DNA of 64,000 bases from Corallochytrium limacisporum Hawaii (GCA_002811645.1 PDIP01000004.1:152929-216928), one strand, 5' to 3'. Shown: positions 48,649-59,992, counted from the first letter of the stretch. The notes: generated from the sequence alone by a model not told the origin. Numbers and translations are program-made.

Positions 48649-49992
48649 ATGACTCCCGAAGACGATGGAGCTGCAGTCGCAGCCTTTGCTTCGACCGCTT
48701 CTTCAGGTTTGCTAAGGATCATCAATAAGACCAACCTTAACACGAACTTTGTTGTAAGTGATAGCATTCGCGGGTTGTTCAGTACCATCTCCCGGGAAGG
48801 ATTTGATTGGGATCCATTCCCGGATGAGGTCACCTTGAATCAACCGTGGGGTGGCTCAGATGTGCGACTTCCTGCACAATCACTTTTGGAGTTGACCATA
48901 GCAGATAGCACGGAAGGCGATTGCAATGGTGTGAAGGGTGCGTTTACGCTGGCAGATCCCCTCGATGAGACCTCAGGGACCTACTTGACCTCGGACGTTG
49001 AGTTCGTTTGGGTGGAGGGTCAGTGCATACTCAAATTCACCGGCTATGATACCCAGCCTGCACCATTATGGACGGGTCAGTCAACCTTGCGTTCAAAAGC
49101 CTTTTTGAATCAGATCCTCGACTTGGAGGAAGTAGCTTCCTATGGGTCTGCCACCGGTTTGAATGACCCTGTTGCGGTCCTCTCCCTTTGTTGGAGGCGG
49201 ACTTTTGACAGTAATGGTTGTCAAGGCGTTCCTCGTGAGAAAAATGATTTTGTCCTGAATGCGCCTACCAGGGGAGTCATTCAATTCTTTGCCAACACCT
49301 CAATGCCAGGCGGCAAGGTGACCTTCAGTCAAGAGACCGCATCTCTTTACCTCAAGGACTCTTATTCTTTTGCGGCCAATCAGTCTGCTGACATTGGGCT
49401 CGGGCCCTCCAACAACGACGAGCAAAAGTTGAACGAAACCATCACCTTTACCTTTGAAGATGACGTCGGTGAGGTGGTGGCCCATGTTGACTACGTCAGT
49501 GACTCATATGGCTACGGGGTGCAAGTGAATGGTTTGGAAGTGATTTCGGACAAACTTTCCAATGATCCCACCATGACCATTGTGTTTACAAGAGTAATGC
49601 GATCTCGGGACTTGAATGAAAATCTTTTGCCTCTATCAGATAGAGACTATCCAGTAAGCCAAATAAGCATCTGTGATGTTAACTGGTACAAGGAAAATAA
49701 CGGTTGCATTGCGGGCCAGAACCAGCACGAGAACATCGTCGGTGGTTTCAATATGCCCTTGCCTTTGCTTCACTCAGAAACCGACGAGCCATCCAGTGGT
49801 GTCATAATAACCAGTGGGGCCTGGGCCGGGATTGCTGTGGCAGGGTTGGTCTGGATTGTCAGCCTCACCGCTTTCATCATCCACCGCCGGAAGCGTGCTT
49901 CAAAGGCCTCCGAGGACGAGATCGGAACAGACCCGATTCCCACATCCATTGATGATATGGCTCTGGATGACCAACAGTCGACCCGCATCTAA
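48649..49992 (+). CDS. Uncharacterised single-pass membrane protein (447 aa), type I-like but without a signal peptide; possibly 5'-truncated
   Basis: 1.3-kb ORF with a beta-rich, acidic, Cys-containing region, a C-terminal TM (GAWAGIAVAGLVWIVSLTAFII) followed by HRRKR, and a short acidic tail ending STRI. In-frame stop at 48631 just upstream of the ATG. Confidence 0.75.
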   Translation: MTPEDDGAAVAAFASTASSGLLRIINKTNLNTNFVVSDSIRGLFSTISREGFDWDPFPDEVTLNQPWGGSDVRLPAQSLLELTIADSTEGDCNGVKGAFTLADPLDETSGTYLTSDVEFVWVEGQCILKFTGYDTQPAPLWTGQSTLRSKAFLNQILDLEEVASYGSATGLNDPVAVLSLCWRRTFDSNGCQGVPREKNDFVLNAPTRGVIQFFANTSMPGGKVTFSQETASLYLKDSYSFAANQSADIGLGPSNNDEQKLNETITFTFEDDVGEVVAHVDYVSDSYGYGVQVNGLEVISDKLSNDPTMTIVFTRVMRSRDLNENLLPLSDRDYPVSQISICDVNWYKENNGCIAGQNQHENIVGGFNMPLPLLHSETDEPSSGVIITSGAWAGIAVAGLVWIVSLTAFIIHRRKRASKASEDEIGTDPIPTSIDDMALDDQQSTRI

Positions 49993-50539
49993 ACTTGACA
50001 TCTTTAATTTACAAAATTTAATATCCTGGTTCAGGCAACCGTGAAAAGTTGCGTAGGCGGACACCAGAGGCTGTTTCAAACCAGGTTCACTGTTCCACCT
50101 GAAAGATATGCGAGCTACCAACCTCTGTTCAATAAAAAAGTGCAGAATTTCGAAAAACCGGTGTTCAACAAAAATTTGCACAATTCGTGATTGTTAGCCC
50201 AAGCGNNNNNNNNNNNNNNNNNNNNNNNNNNNNNNNNNNNNNNNNNNNNNNNNNNNNNNNNNNNNNNNNNNNNNNNNNNNNNNNNNNNNNNNNNNNNNNN
50301 NNNNNNNNNNNNNNNNNNNNNNNNNNNNNNNNNNNNNNNNNNNNNNNNNNNNNNNNNNNNNNNNNNNNNNNNNNNNNNNNNNNNNNNNNNNNNNNNNNNN
50401 NNNNNNNNNNNNNNNNNNNNNNNNNNNNNNNNNNNNNNNNNNNNNNNNNNNNNNNNNNNNNNNNNNNNNNNNNNNNNNNNNNNNNNNNNNNNNNNNNNNN
50501 NNNNNNNNNNNNNNNNNNNNNNNNNNNNNNATAAATATC

Positions 50540-52096
50540 TCAGCCAAAATCAAGCCGTTTGACATGGTTTGTGCTGTCCGTTCGCGGCGGTTGGTGGCCT
50601 TCGAGATCACTTAATCTCTTTTCAAACTCTACTTGTGCTTCTTCCAGGACAAGAAGGTCCTCTGATCTTCGTTTTTCACGTTCCTTAAGCACGGAAAATT
50701 CTTGTCTGAGCTCTTTGTCTTGTTGCTTAAGCACGGAAACTTCTTGTCTCAGCTCTTTGTCTCTTTGCTCAAGGGCGGCAACTTGCTGTTTGAGCTCTTG
50801 CATCATCTTGGCCGCAGCCTGGAGATCGGATTCAGACACCATGAACAGCTTGTCATATGACCCATGTCTCCTATTCATGTCCTTGTACGTATGCTCCATC
50901 CTGGGAGCTATATGTCCCCCGTTCCTGATGACCACCTCATAATTGAGCCGAACAGTATCAAAGATGTTCACAAGTTTGTTACCGTCATACAAATGCCAGT
51001 CAGCAGTTACGTTCTCGACCGCGTGAGCAAGACAGCCTGCATACGGCTTAGTGCGCGAAGCGTCAATACTTCTATAGAAACCGCAATCATTTGCGTTCAT
51101 GTCAGGACTTTTTGATGGTTGGGGTGCGAAAATAATCTGCAGGCCCCGTTCGGCCTTTGCCCATGCGATTGCATCCTTCACATTCTGACATGCTCCGATG
51201 AGGTGCGGCCTAGCATTGTCATGAACGATTATGATCGGTCGTTCATTGTTCCAGTCAGACGGCCATTTGCTTACGATGTTTGGGATGAGTGTCGTACTCA
51301 CGAACTCGGCATAGACTTCCTTAGTCAGGCTCCTGTTGTGCAACTCCATGGTACCTGCTGGACGGTTTCTAGAATTTCTCTTAGCCGGCTTCTCTATCAC
51401 GCACGGGAATAAGCCGATCTTCCCGTCGAAACGTGTAACCCTCTCCTTTAATCCACGTGAACAAAGCGTCGACGTCTTCACTTGTCGTGGCTTCGCGATG
51501 GCAGTGATGTACATGATCTGGATACCATGTAGCTTGTTCTTCATCTTCACGTCTTTCTTTAAGTCAGTGCCGGCTGGAAGATATCGCCTTTGAACACGTT
51601 TGCTTCCCCTAAACCACTTCTCATCAGTATGGATTTCATTATCATTGTCCAGAATTCTATTGTCTTCATCGACATGATCTAAACAGTATTGTAATCGGTC
51701 AAGCTTCTGTTGTGGTGTCAAATCGATAGTACTACGAACAGTTCTAAGCTGAACATGATTGTCTTGAATTGCATTCGCTACCGTCCCTACGCTGCATTTC
51801 AAGGTACTAGCAACATCGCGGATGTTTTTGCAATTCTTTTCAAGGAGTAAGTCAAAGTTCATTGGCTTTTTGGGCCTGCCTGATCCCTTCTTACGCTTTA
51901 CTGCGATCGGTGTGGGCTGCTGTTCCCTTTTATATCTTTGCCACAGCAGCTGAAATACACGAGGAGACCGGTTGAACTTTTCTGACAACTGTTGGAGCAC
52001 ACCTTTTTTAAGCCGACCTGACTCTAGAGCGCCAAATTTCAATATTTCTATTGCTTGTGCCCGTTGTGTTTCTGACAGCTGCGATTTTGGCCAGAA
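50540..52096 (-). mobile_element. Tc1/mariner-superfamily transposase, plant/oomycete mariner-like, DD43D triad, with C-terminal coiled-coil extension; N-terminus lies in gap 52097-52320
   Basis: LSETQRAQAIEIL...GRLKKG HTH-like region, GSGRPKK, IHTDEKWF, IMYITAIAKPR, FDGKIGLFP, PAKRNSRNRPAGT, VHDNARPH, QPSKSPDMNANDCGFYRSI. Open frame of over 510 codons. TIRs were not found. Confidence 0.92.
50684..50773. repeat. 42-bp (14-aa, double-heptad) coding tandem repeat in the transposase tail
   Basis: CTTAAGCACGGAAA(A/C)TTCTTGTCT(G/C)AGCTCTTTGTCT at 50684 and 50726, encoding LEQRDKELRQEVSV / LKQQDKELRQEFSV. Confidence 0.9.
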
Positions 52097-54030
52097 NNNN
52101 NNNNNNNNNNNNNNNNNNNNNNNNNNNNNNNNNNNNNNNNNNNNNNNNNNNNNNNNNNNNNNNNNNNNNNNNNNNNNNNNNNNNNNNNNNNNNNNNNNNN
52201 NNNNNNNNNNNNNNNNNNNNNNNNNNNNNNNNNNNNNNNNNNNNNNNNNNNNNNNNNNNNNNNNNNNNNNNNNNNNNNNNNNNNNNNNNNNNNNNNNNNN
52301 NNNNNNNNNNNNNNNNNNNNCTGTGGTCGAGTTGCCCATTAACTGCTCAGCCTAGTGCTTGTGTCGTCAAGAATCACCAAATCCCGATCAAACCGTACCT
52401 TCATCACGCTAGAACCTCGTGTCCATCCCCAAATCTCATCAATTTTACCGGAACCTTCGACTCTTAGTCCATGTCCCCGTACCCGCCGCCGCCTCCGCTT
52501 GCGCTGACGAGGCGGTTTTTTTTTTCCCAGCTTCCTGCGCCCCAGACGCTTCCCCCGCTCCCCACCCCCTACCCAAACACCTCCCCTCCCCCCGGGGGGA
52601 GGGAGCGGGGTCTTTCCCGGTCCCGCGGTGTCCACACCCCCGTGCGCGATGCCGTGGCCTGCGCACTCCTCCCTCCCCAATTCCCTTCCCTGTTGTTTCC
52701 CCCTTTCGTTCGCCCTCTTCATCCCCCTTAATGGCTTTTTTGGCGTGTTGTGTGGGGACGTGGGGTGCTTTCTTTTCTTTTTTTTTTTCCCCTCTCTTTG
52801 TTTTGTTTTTGTGTTTTTCTCTTCCCTCAGTCCCCGTTACGGGGAGGAGGAGAAGGACCCCGTGGGGGTAGGGTAGGTAGGGTTCTCCTCCTAGTCATTC
52901 GACTTCGGACGGACACACCCGCTTGGGTTCCTTCTGAGCTTCTCGAATGCGGGACCAAACCTGGAAGAGGCAGCAGGTCAGGTGGGGGAGGGGGTTAGTG
53001 GGCACAGGCGCTGACGAATGAGGTTGTAGTTTCAGCGGGACGTGGTGGCTTTCACACCGCGGTCACATGACGTTGGGAGTAAACTAGGAATTTTGAACCG
53101 GCCTTTCTTCACAGAGAACGAAAATCAAGCAACATTAAGCACGGAGACTCTGCACTCAGTGGTACAGACACGCACGCGGAGCGTCATAGTGACGGTTTGC
53201 AGAATGCATGGCAGATAAGAACGGCAGGTGAACAAAAGAGCTGATCGTATTCTCGCTCTAGCAGTTAAGAGCATCAGAAACCATCGAATGTTTCTCTCCG
53301 TTGTATCATACACATTCTGGGGAGTTCCTTGCGATTCCTAAATGGAGCATATGATTGTCCCAATTTGAACAAGTAGGAGAGCTCCTTGTATGCCCGGGGC
53401 ATGTATGTCAATACCCGCAATTCTGTCCTTCAGAGGGGCTTGCATATCTTTGTTCTTACGTGCATCATGATGAGCAAACCAGAAGCAACTGAGAAAGTCA
53501 CAGACCAAAGTTGATATGCGTACGTCCACCATTTGGGGGATGCAGAACAAGCGAGAATCTCTGGAAACACACGAAACAGTCGAGCCTCCTAACAAACTGT
53601 GGAACATAGCTACGTGACCGATGTTGCTGCGCACGCAAGTTGTCTGCACACATAATCAAGAAATGATGATCCCATCGTGTGCACAAACTGCGGAACAGCC
53701 ATCATCTCGCCCGTGGTGTGTGCGCAGGACAAAACTTCGGCGATCAGGAGCAAAGAAACTGATCGATGGACACATAAATGAGGCACGGCAAGGAAAGTCA
53801 TTAATGACTGGCAGTCGTCGACTTCACGAGGGAAGACATGCAAGCAGAGAAACCACAGGAAGAGTATGGAGTAACTTTGCGGTCCCATGTCCACGTTTAA
53901 GAACTTGTTCCAAAAAGGTATTTCAATGATCCGATCAGCGGGCTGGGGCCAAGAACAATATGACTATTCAAGCATTCTAGAGCATGCAGACTGCGCTTTG
54001 CACATTCTTGTTTTGACTTTCCGTTTCATA

Positions 54031-54522
54031 ATGTTGAAATACATTCTTGCAGTGATTGTAGCCATGGCTGGCACTGAAGCTGCCGCTGCCAGGGATGCCA
54101 CTCCTCAGCATGACGATGGTGGGTACATCCAGTTCAACGGTTCTCCCTATCGGACAAACGTTGGCCAAAGAGTGCACATTGTGACCCAATTCGGCAACAA
54201 GGGCGACAGCGTACTCGAGAATGTTGGAATCGAGTGCTCTTACCCGAAAGCCATGGGTGACACTGGTGACATTCAAAATCATCCTCCGTTCCCCGAGGTT
54301 CAAAAGAGCACGTCCTTTTTCGGTGGCCAAAGGCGCGTTAGTGCCAAATCTATCGATGTGAATCCAGGCCAGAACTACAATTTTGGATTCCAGATCTTGA
54401 TCCCAAACGATGCTGTCCCCGGCTCCTCGTTTGAGGTTACATGTAAGCTGTGCGAGGATCACTGGCTCTTTGGGTGTGTCAAGTTGGATTGGGCCTCCGC
54501 TGACGTTAACATCTTCCAGTAA
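54031..54522 (+). CDS. Small secreted protein (163 aa) with a probable Ig-like beta-sandwich (DUF11/CARDB-like)
   Basis: Signal peptide MLKYILAVIVAMAGTEA; VGQRVHIVTQFGNKGDSVLENVGIEC and VNPGQNYNFGFQILIP resemble the G-x-x-V-...-N-x-G and L-x-P-G-x-S motifs of DUF11/CARDB-type folds. The ATG at 54031 was chosen over 53887 because it gives an N-terminal signal peptide and places GGTATTTCAA about 105 nt upstream. Confidence 0.7.
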   Translation: MLKYILAVIVAMAGTEAAAARDATPQHDDGGYIQFNGSPYRTNVGQRVHIVTQFGNKGDSVLENVGIECSYPKAMGDTGDIQNHPPFPEVQKSTSFFGGQRRVSAKSIDVNPGQNYNFGFQILIPNDAVPGSSFEVTCKLCEDHWLFGCVKLDWASADVNIFQ

Positions 54523-54864
54523 ATGAGGATAACTATGTCCTGTGACAAGGTACACTGATGGGTTTTGCACCTGGAATCATGTCGGTTTTTTTGAACATAA
54601 TACATTGCTTTTCCCCCATCTACCACATGGCCATGGCCGTGTTCCGAGTACCCATGTCAACTATACGGGCCCGGTGCAATAATGTTACCAGAACCTGTTT
54701 GTTTATTATTGTACATTTAACTATGTTTCTTTATGGTCGTTTATCTGGGTCATGGCGCCCAGATGCGCCCGCCGCCTAGTGCCGTTAATTACAGGCAGTG
54801 TTCTTTCTAGCATTGATGGAACTAGTTTCACTTTATGGATGGACGGCAACAATTAGGCACACTG

Positions 54865-56211
54865 CTACTCGGAGTACACGTCCGTAGTAGTGGAGTCAGT
54901 ACCGTCGATCCGCTTCTTTTCTGACGATAGACTAGAGGGACATTCTTCGTCAGGCTCACGCTGAGACATCTCGACCATGCGTTGAAGACGGGGGAAGATG
55001 AAGAGAGTGAACAGGCAGCCTATGAACATGAAGATGGCGTAAGCCATGTAAGTGGGACCTCCCCCAAAGGCTTGCAATGTAGGAGATGCAGACTGGGCGA
55101 CCGCAAAAGCCAACAGCCACGTCAGAATGCTCGAGGAGGCACTTCCAAAGTTAGTGGGCTCAAAGTACTCGCCAACAACACTCCAAGCGATGGGTCCGAG
55201 ACCAAAATTAAAGGAAGCCATAAAAATCGCAATGCCAGCTAGGGCTAATCCACTGGTATGGACTTCGATGTCATCCGTTCTACCATCGCCAAGGCTTCCG
55301 GTGAACAATCTCTCGTCTTGAATGAAGAAAAAAGAGGCCAACATGATATTGGCAGTCATCATTCCGAAGGAAGAGACGAAGAGAAGAATCTGCTTACCGA
55401 CACGGTCAATGATGGGTGCTGCAACGACAGTAGCAATAAGTTGAATAAGCATGGCATACACAGCAATGATATCAGGCCGACCAATATCTGCAATGTCAAC
55501 GAGGGGACCGATAAAGAAAATGACCATGACGTAACCAGAGAGCTGCTGGAAAACCATGAGGGAGTAGCTGATAATGTACGGAGCCCATATAGTCTTGGTG
55601 CTGCTGTCCACTCTGTTGGCATGGTTGCCCATCTCCTTCTTCTTGGTGATCCGGCCCGGACGGGGCGGAGTCTTTGTGCATGCCAAAGCGAACACCGCCA
55701 AACACGAGATAGCAGCGCTGATCCACGCCAGATGTCGCCACTCTTGAACGGCAAGGCCAAGGACATTAATCAGCAAAATACCAAGATGGGCACTACCCAG
55801 AAGAACAAACCCAAAGGCACTCTCACGTCCCTTGGTAGCTATATCGTTAAGAAACAGAGGGGTGCAGACAGTGGTAGCGCCCACTGACAACCCGGTGATG
55901 AGCCGTCCAATCAGAATGACCCAGTAGGTCTGGGCAAGGGCCTGGATAACCCAACCCACGGTCACAAAGACGCTTGCAACTAACTGACCACGATATGGGC
56001 CGTAGTAACGAATGAACAAACCAGCAATACCGGCACCGATTGCTGCAGCGAAGGGCAGGCAACCAGAGTACGTACTGCTCTGTAAGTCGTCGAGGCTGAA
56101 GTCACTTGTGATTGAGGTGAGTGTGGGCGAAGTCCAGGAAAGAGAGAAGCCATTCATCATTGCGGCGAATCCTGCCCCAAGAGTAGCCACCAATCTCCCG
56201 GAATCCACCAT
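54865..56211 (-). CDS. MFS sugar porter (GLUT8/Tret1/ERD6-like), 448 aa, divergent
   Basis: About 12 hydrophobic segments; GFSLSWTSPTL, LIGRLITGLSVG, FQQLSG, IIDRVGKQILL, FNFGLGPIAWSVVGEYF. Confidence 0.9.
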   Translation of the reverse strand: MVDSGRLVATLGAGFAAMMNGFSLSWTSPTLTSITSDFSLDDLQSSTYSGCLPFAAAIGAGIAGLFIRYYGPYRGQLVASVFVTVGWVIQALAQTYWVILIGRLITGLSVGATTVCTPLFLNDIATKGRESAFGFVLLGSAHLGILLINVLGLAVQEWRHLAWISAAISCLAVFALACTKTPPRPGRITKKKEMGNHANRVDSSTKTIWAPYIISYSLMVFQQLSGYVMVIFFIGPLVDIADIGRPDIIAVYAMLIQLIATVVAAPIIDRVGKQILLFVSSFGMMTANIMLASFFFIQDERLFTGSLGDGRTDDIEVHTSGLALAGIAIFMASFNFGLGPIAWSVVGEYFEPTNFGSASSSILTWLLAFAVAQSASPTLQAFGGGPTYMAYAIFMFIGCLFTLFIFPRLQRMVEMSQREPDEECPSSLSSEKKRIDGTDSTTTDVYSE

Positions 56212-56631
56212 ACTTATCGCGCTTTTATGAAACCGTTAAAACTGAAATCACAGTACCATGACGAAATGAAGATTTATCTGTAGTTCTTATGTCTCCAGAC
56301 AGTTGTTCACCGCATATAGGGATGATTCCCAAATCTTTCGTCCCTACCATCATACAAATACCCAGATATGCAAAAGGCTACTGATCACAGGGCGCAAACT
56401 GTATTAGGTTTCGCATAACCCTTGTTCCCAACGAGCACAGATGTGGCTTTGTTCATTTGCGAATCTGATGGAGCCCGGCACCATGTCCTTTCCCTCAAAC
56501 CGTCGCTTTCTAGACCCACCTGCTCGCCCCGTCTGATCCCTTGCAAGTATTCACGACTGCTCAGATTTGCGTCATTTGTCCGTAGTGGTAGGAAAAGGAC
56601 CAGGGACACCCGGGAGAGCTCCGTACTAATA

Positions 56632-56851
56632 CAAGGTGCGTGTGCGAGGTGTGCTTATACATACCGTCTTCCTAATTTGTTGCTTTCCGTGTGTTAGAGG
56701 AGATTGTCTATAATGTGTGCTTATATCCCCCCCGTTGACCAAGGTGCGTTGTAGGAGGTGTCCTTATACACACAGTCTTCCTATTTTGCTGCTTTCCGTG
56801 TGTTTATTGAGGGGATTGACAAAAAATGCGTGCTTATGTCCCCCGTTGACC
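56632..56851. repeat. Two-copy ~108-bp diverged tandem duplication upstream of the sugar porter
   Basis: CAAGGTGCGT...CTTATACA...GTCTTCCTA...TGCTTTCCGTGTGTT...GTGCTTAT...CCCCCGTTGACC starts at 56632 and 56740, with scattered substitutions and small indels. Confidence 0.88.
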
Positions 56852-59419
56852 TGAGTGACTATGCTTGGAGTATATCGCGCTGGCCTTCTAGGAATTTCAT
56901 GGTGTCTCTCACTCTCCTCCGCACTCCTTCACTTACACTCAAAGTTATGCCATCGGAAGGTCAATACTTCCTTAAGCGCGCCCAATGGGCGCGACAGTTT
57001 GTGGTAACAGAAACCCTTCCGATTTCGATTCACCTCGGCCATTTTTTTTTTTCACATCCCCACAGTTTTTTTCTTTCTCGTCCTCTCTACCTTCCACCCC
57101 CTCCTACCCTTCGGGCACAGCGTCTCTCCCTACTGTCCCCAAGCCAGGGAGGTGGGTGATTTCCACCAGGTCCCCTCGCCCTTGCCTGCCCTACCGCAAC
57201 CCCACATTTCTTACGTTCTGGTTTTCAGGAAAAGAGTGGGTGCTGTTGTGCCACTGAGAGCAAAATTTCCCCTTGCAGCTACATGCAATCGTCAATACTC
57301 TGTGCGACACTCTTCCCCATCATGTCGTCAGCTGGATACTCTTCTTAGGTATTTACCGTTTCGGGGGCAGGAAATTCAAACCAAAACTGCTGCGGTTCAG
57401 TGCTGGCCGCTGGAAAGTGTCTATATTTAAAACTTTGCCCTCTTGTACCCACCGGCCTGCTTTTTGAAATACGGTTAACGTAGCCAGTGTAAATGCATAG
57501 ATAAATTAATCCACGAATGTGCGCCTGTTAAACACCATATCGATTCCATCGCCATCAAAATGCCTCTCAGCGTGCCAGTTCCTCCTATTTCAATATCCGG
57601 ACCTTCCAAATGCACATCTGGAGACGGAGTGTCTCCGTGCGCAGTAAATTACTGAAATGATGGACTTTGCCTCCGTCATGCCCGATAGGACGGTGCCGTG
57701 AATAGTCTATCGCGCCACCATTGCCATCGACGACAATGTGTACCAAAATTTGGGATTATGGTTATCTCATGACTGGTGTAACGGTCCATGGGAGCCAGTT
57801 GTATCACATTCGTCTCAGTCCCGCAATGCTAGTGAGCGTCGCCGAGTACTTTGAATGCTATTAAATAGGTTCTTACTGTATATAGAATTGCTTTATGGAT
57901 GGACGTTCGAGCCCAACCGGCTTTTGACGTAAATGCTAACTGCACAAAGGGGACCTGGGGTCTACGAGCGCCTACCGAATCTTGAATGGAAGGAGGTTCC
58001 TGAGGGACATTCTACACTGGATCTTATTATGGTAACTGATGACAGCCTTGTACATGTAAGCGGGCGAATATTGATAACTGGTAGGTGCAATATATCTCAC
58101 GTACGGTCTCCGACTTGTTGCCAACCGGTCATCCCAGAGACTCATCCATGCTCTAACAGGTTGAGCAACCCAATTGGAAGGACTATAGGGGACTGAGTGG
58201 TTGTGTACCATCACCATGGGCGACGGCCATCAAGAAGAGGATGGGCTCGGCGTCAAGGGACATGCATCAGAGGATCAGGTTGACGGGTGTTCTGCTCCCT
58301 GACGAAAATCACACAAGACACTTTATGCGGCCAACAGGGGTATTCTAGACACGACTCGATGAAGCACAGACCTGTGGTCAATTGGCATTCTATTTGGTGG
58401 TAGTGCTCTGGTGCGTTTAATCCACCATGGTCCTCTATTACTACAAGCACAGAGAGGGGGAATCTTTTGCGTTCGATTCCAACCGCAGAGTATGCCTAGC
58501 AGGGCAACTGCGACACCACCCCTGTTCACTCACCGCAGAACCAGTCACATCTTTCCTTACTAGAGAGGTAGGTCCTGTGTGATCGGTCTGACCCATCGAT
58601 TTTCAGGTAAACCAACTTGATCGAGGGGTCAATCTCCCCCCCCCTCTTTTTTCCCTGAAGCTAATGTTCCTCTACCGCAGAGTACCCTACCTACTTTTTC
58701 GCCACGGTGTTGCGTGGTGGGGAGCTTAGTAGAACCACCCCCCCGGGGGAGGGGGGGAGGGAAGGGCTCTCACGGGCCCGGGTCATGAAAGGATTGGGGA
58801 CGGCAGGTGCCGATGGTAGGAAACATGAACCGCGCAATTCTGGGTCTCCTGCTCTTCGAAGAGCCGAAAATGAAATGCGTTTAGGTGAGTATGTAGGTTC
58901 ACACGGAGCAAGTGTGACAAAGAAAACGGTCGGATGTGTTCCAGATATCATGTAAGTCTGTCTTTGCTTCAGGTACTGAAGCCTGTTCAAACCTATTCTG
59001 TTTACATATTTGGTTGCTACGAATGTCATGGGCATGGCTTCGCACGGATATCCTCAGCCGTTTCCCGCAAGCCACGAATATGGTTATGGTGTGTCAATCC
59101 CTCTATGTGCTGCTATCATTGAAAACCGAACAACCGCGCGATTTAGGCTGTCGTTCGGTGCCCAGAATTGATCTGCACAACAAAAACCACATGTAACAGC
59201 ACATGGTATCTACGGTAGGCCACCTTAAAAATCTCGAAAGATATCGCACAATACATGCATCCTAACCGGGAACAAAAAAAAAATAGACACCGGGTTTTGA
59301 TGGTTGGAATGCTCTGTTGATACCGCAGAAGATTACAATAACCGTACGCAACCCTTGGCGATCAACCCGTCGTTTTGGTCCATGGCAAGGTCCAATACGC
59401 CCTTTGCACCGGTAGCAAG

Positions 59420-59620
59420 TTGTGTGATTGGTACGCCATTCCCACCCTGATTCTGTGGGTTACACACAAGGTGTCGATAGCTTAATCCCGCATGTGTACC
59501 CGGCGGCTGCTTCGGATGTCTCCAATACCCACGACGCTGAACCACCTAAGGAAGCAAATCATGTTCAAGTGATCAAAATTGCTTATGCAATATTGTCTAC
59601 CGTGGTGCCCAGGATGGCCG
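59420..59620 (+). pseudogene. Possible decayed Rab-GAP TBC-domain fragment
   Basis: With one frameshift this reads (DWYAI)-HPDSVGYTQGVDSLIP...IAYAILSTVVPR, resembling the TBC glutamine-finger (GYxQG) and the following helix. Flanked by stops, no start codon. Confidence 0.3.
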
Positions 59621-59983
59621 TTTGGAAGAGCGTAAACTATTCCAGAAGCAGGATTTATCAACACAATTCACTCTGCATTTTGGTTCAGTCAAACACAGGA
59701 CTGAATCTAGTTCGAACTAGGTACCACATCATCCGGTTTGGCGATATTGCTAGCCAGGCCCTCCACAATACCTAAGTCTCGGCAAGACCACTTACCATAC
59801 AAGGTAACCACGGCCCCGGGCGTTTATATGGCTTAGTGAATGACCGGGAGTTGTTACGTCAAAGGGGGCAAGCCCGTTCCCCAAGGGTTGGGACAAGGGG
59901 TGGAACGACGGGATGATCACGCCGGGCCGGAAGCTACAGTGCGGACCATTAAATTCAGAGGCAACAAGGGGACCGACACCCAA

Positions 59984-59992
59984 GGTATTTAA
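59984..59992 (+). promoter_or_regulatory. GGTATTTAA TATA-like element upstream of secreted Cys-rich protein 2
   Basis: About 125 nt upstream of the ATG at 60117; same motif as in the SLC34 upstream regions. Confidence 0.55.

Noticed and set aside
50198-52927. CCCAAGCG (50198) / CGCTTGGG (52920) as TIRs of the DD43D element
   Set aside because: Only 8 bp, no flanking TA duplication, and the inner side is hidden by a gap.
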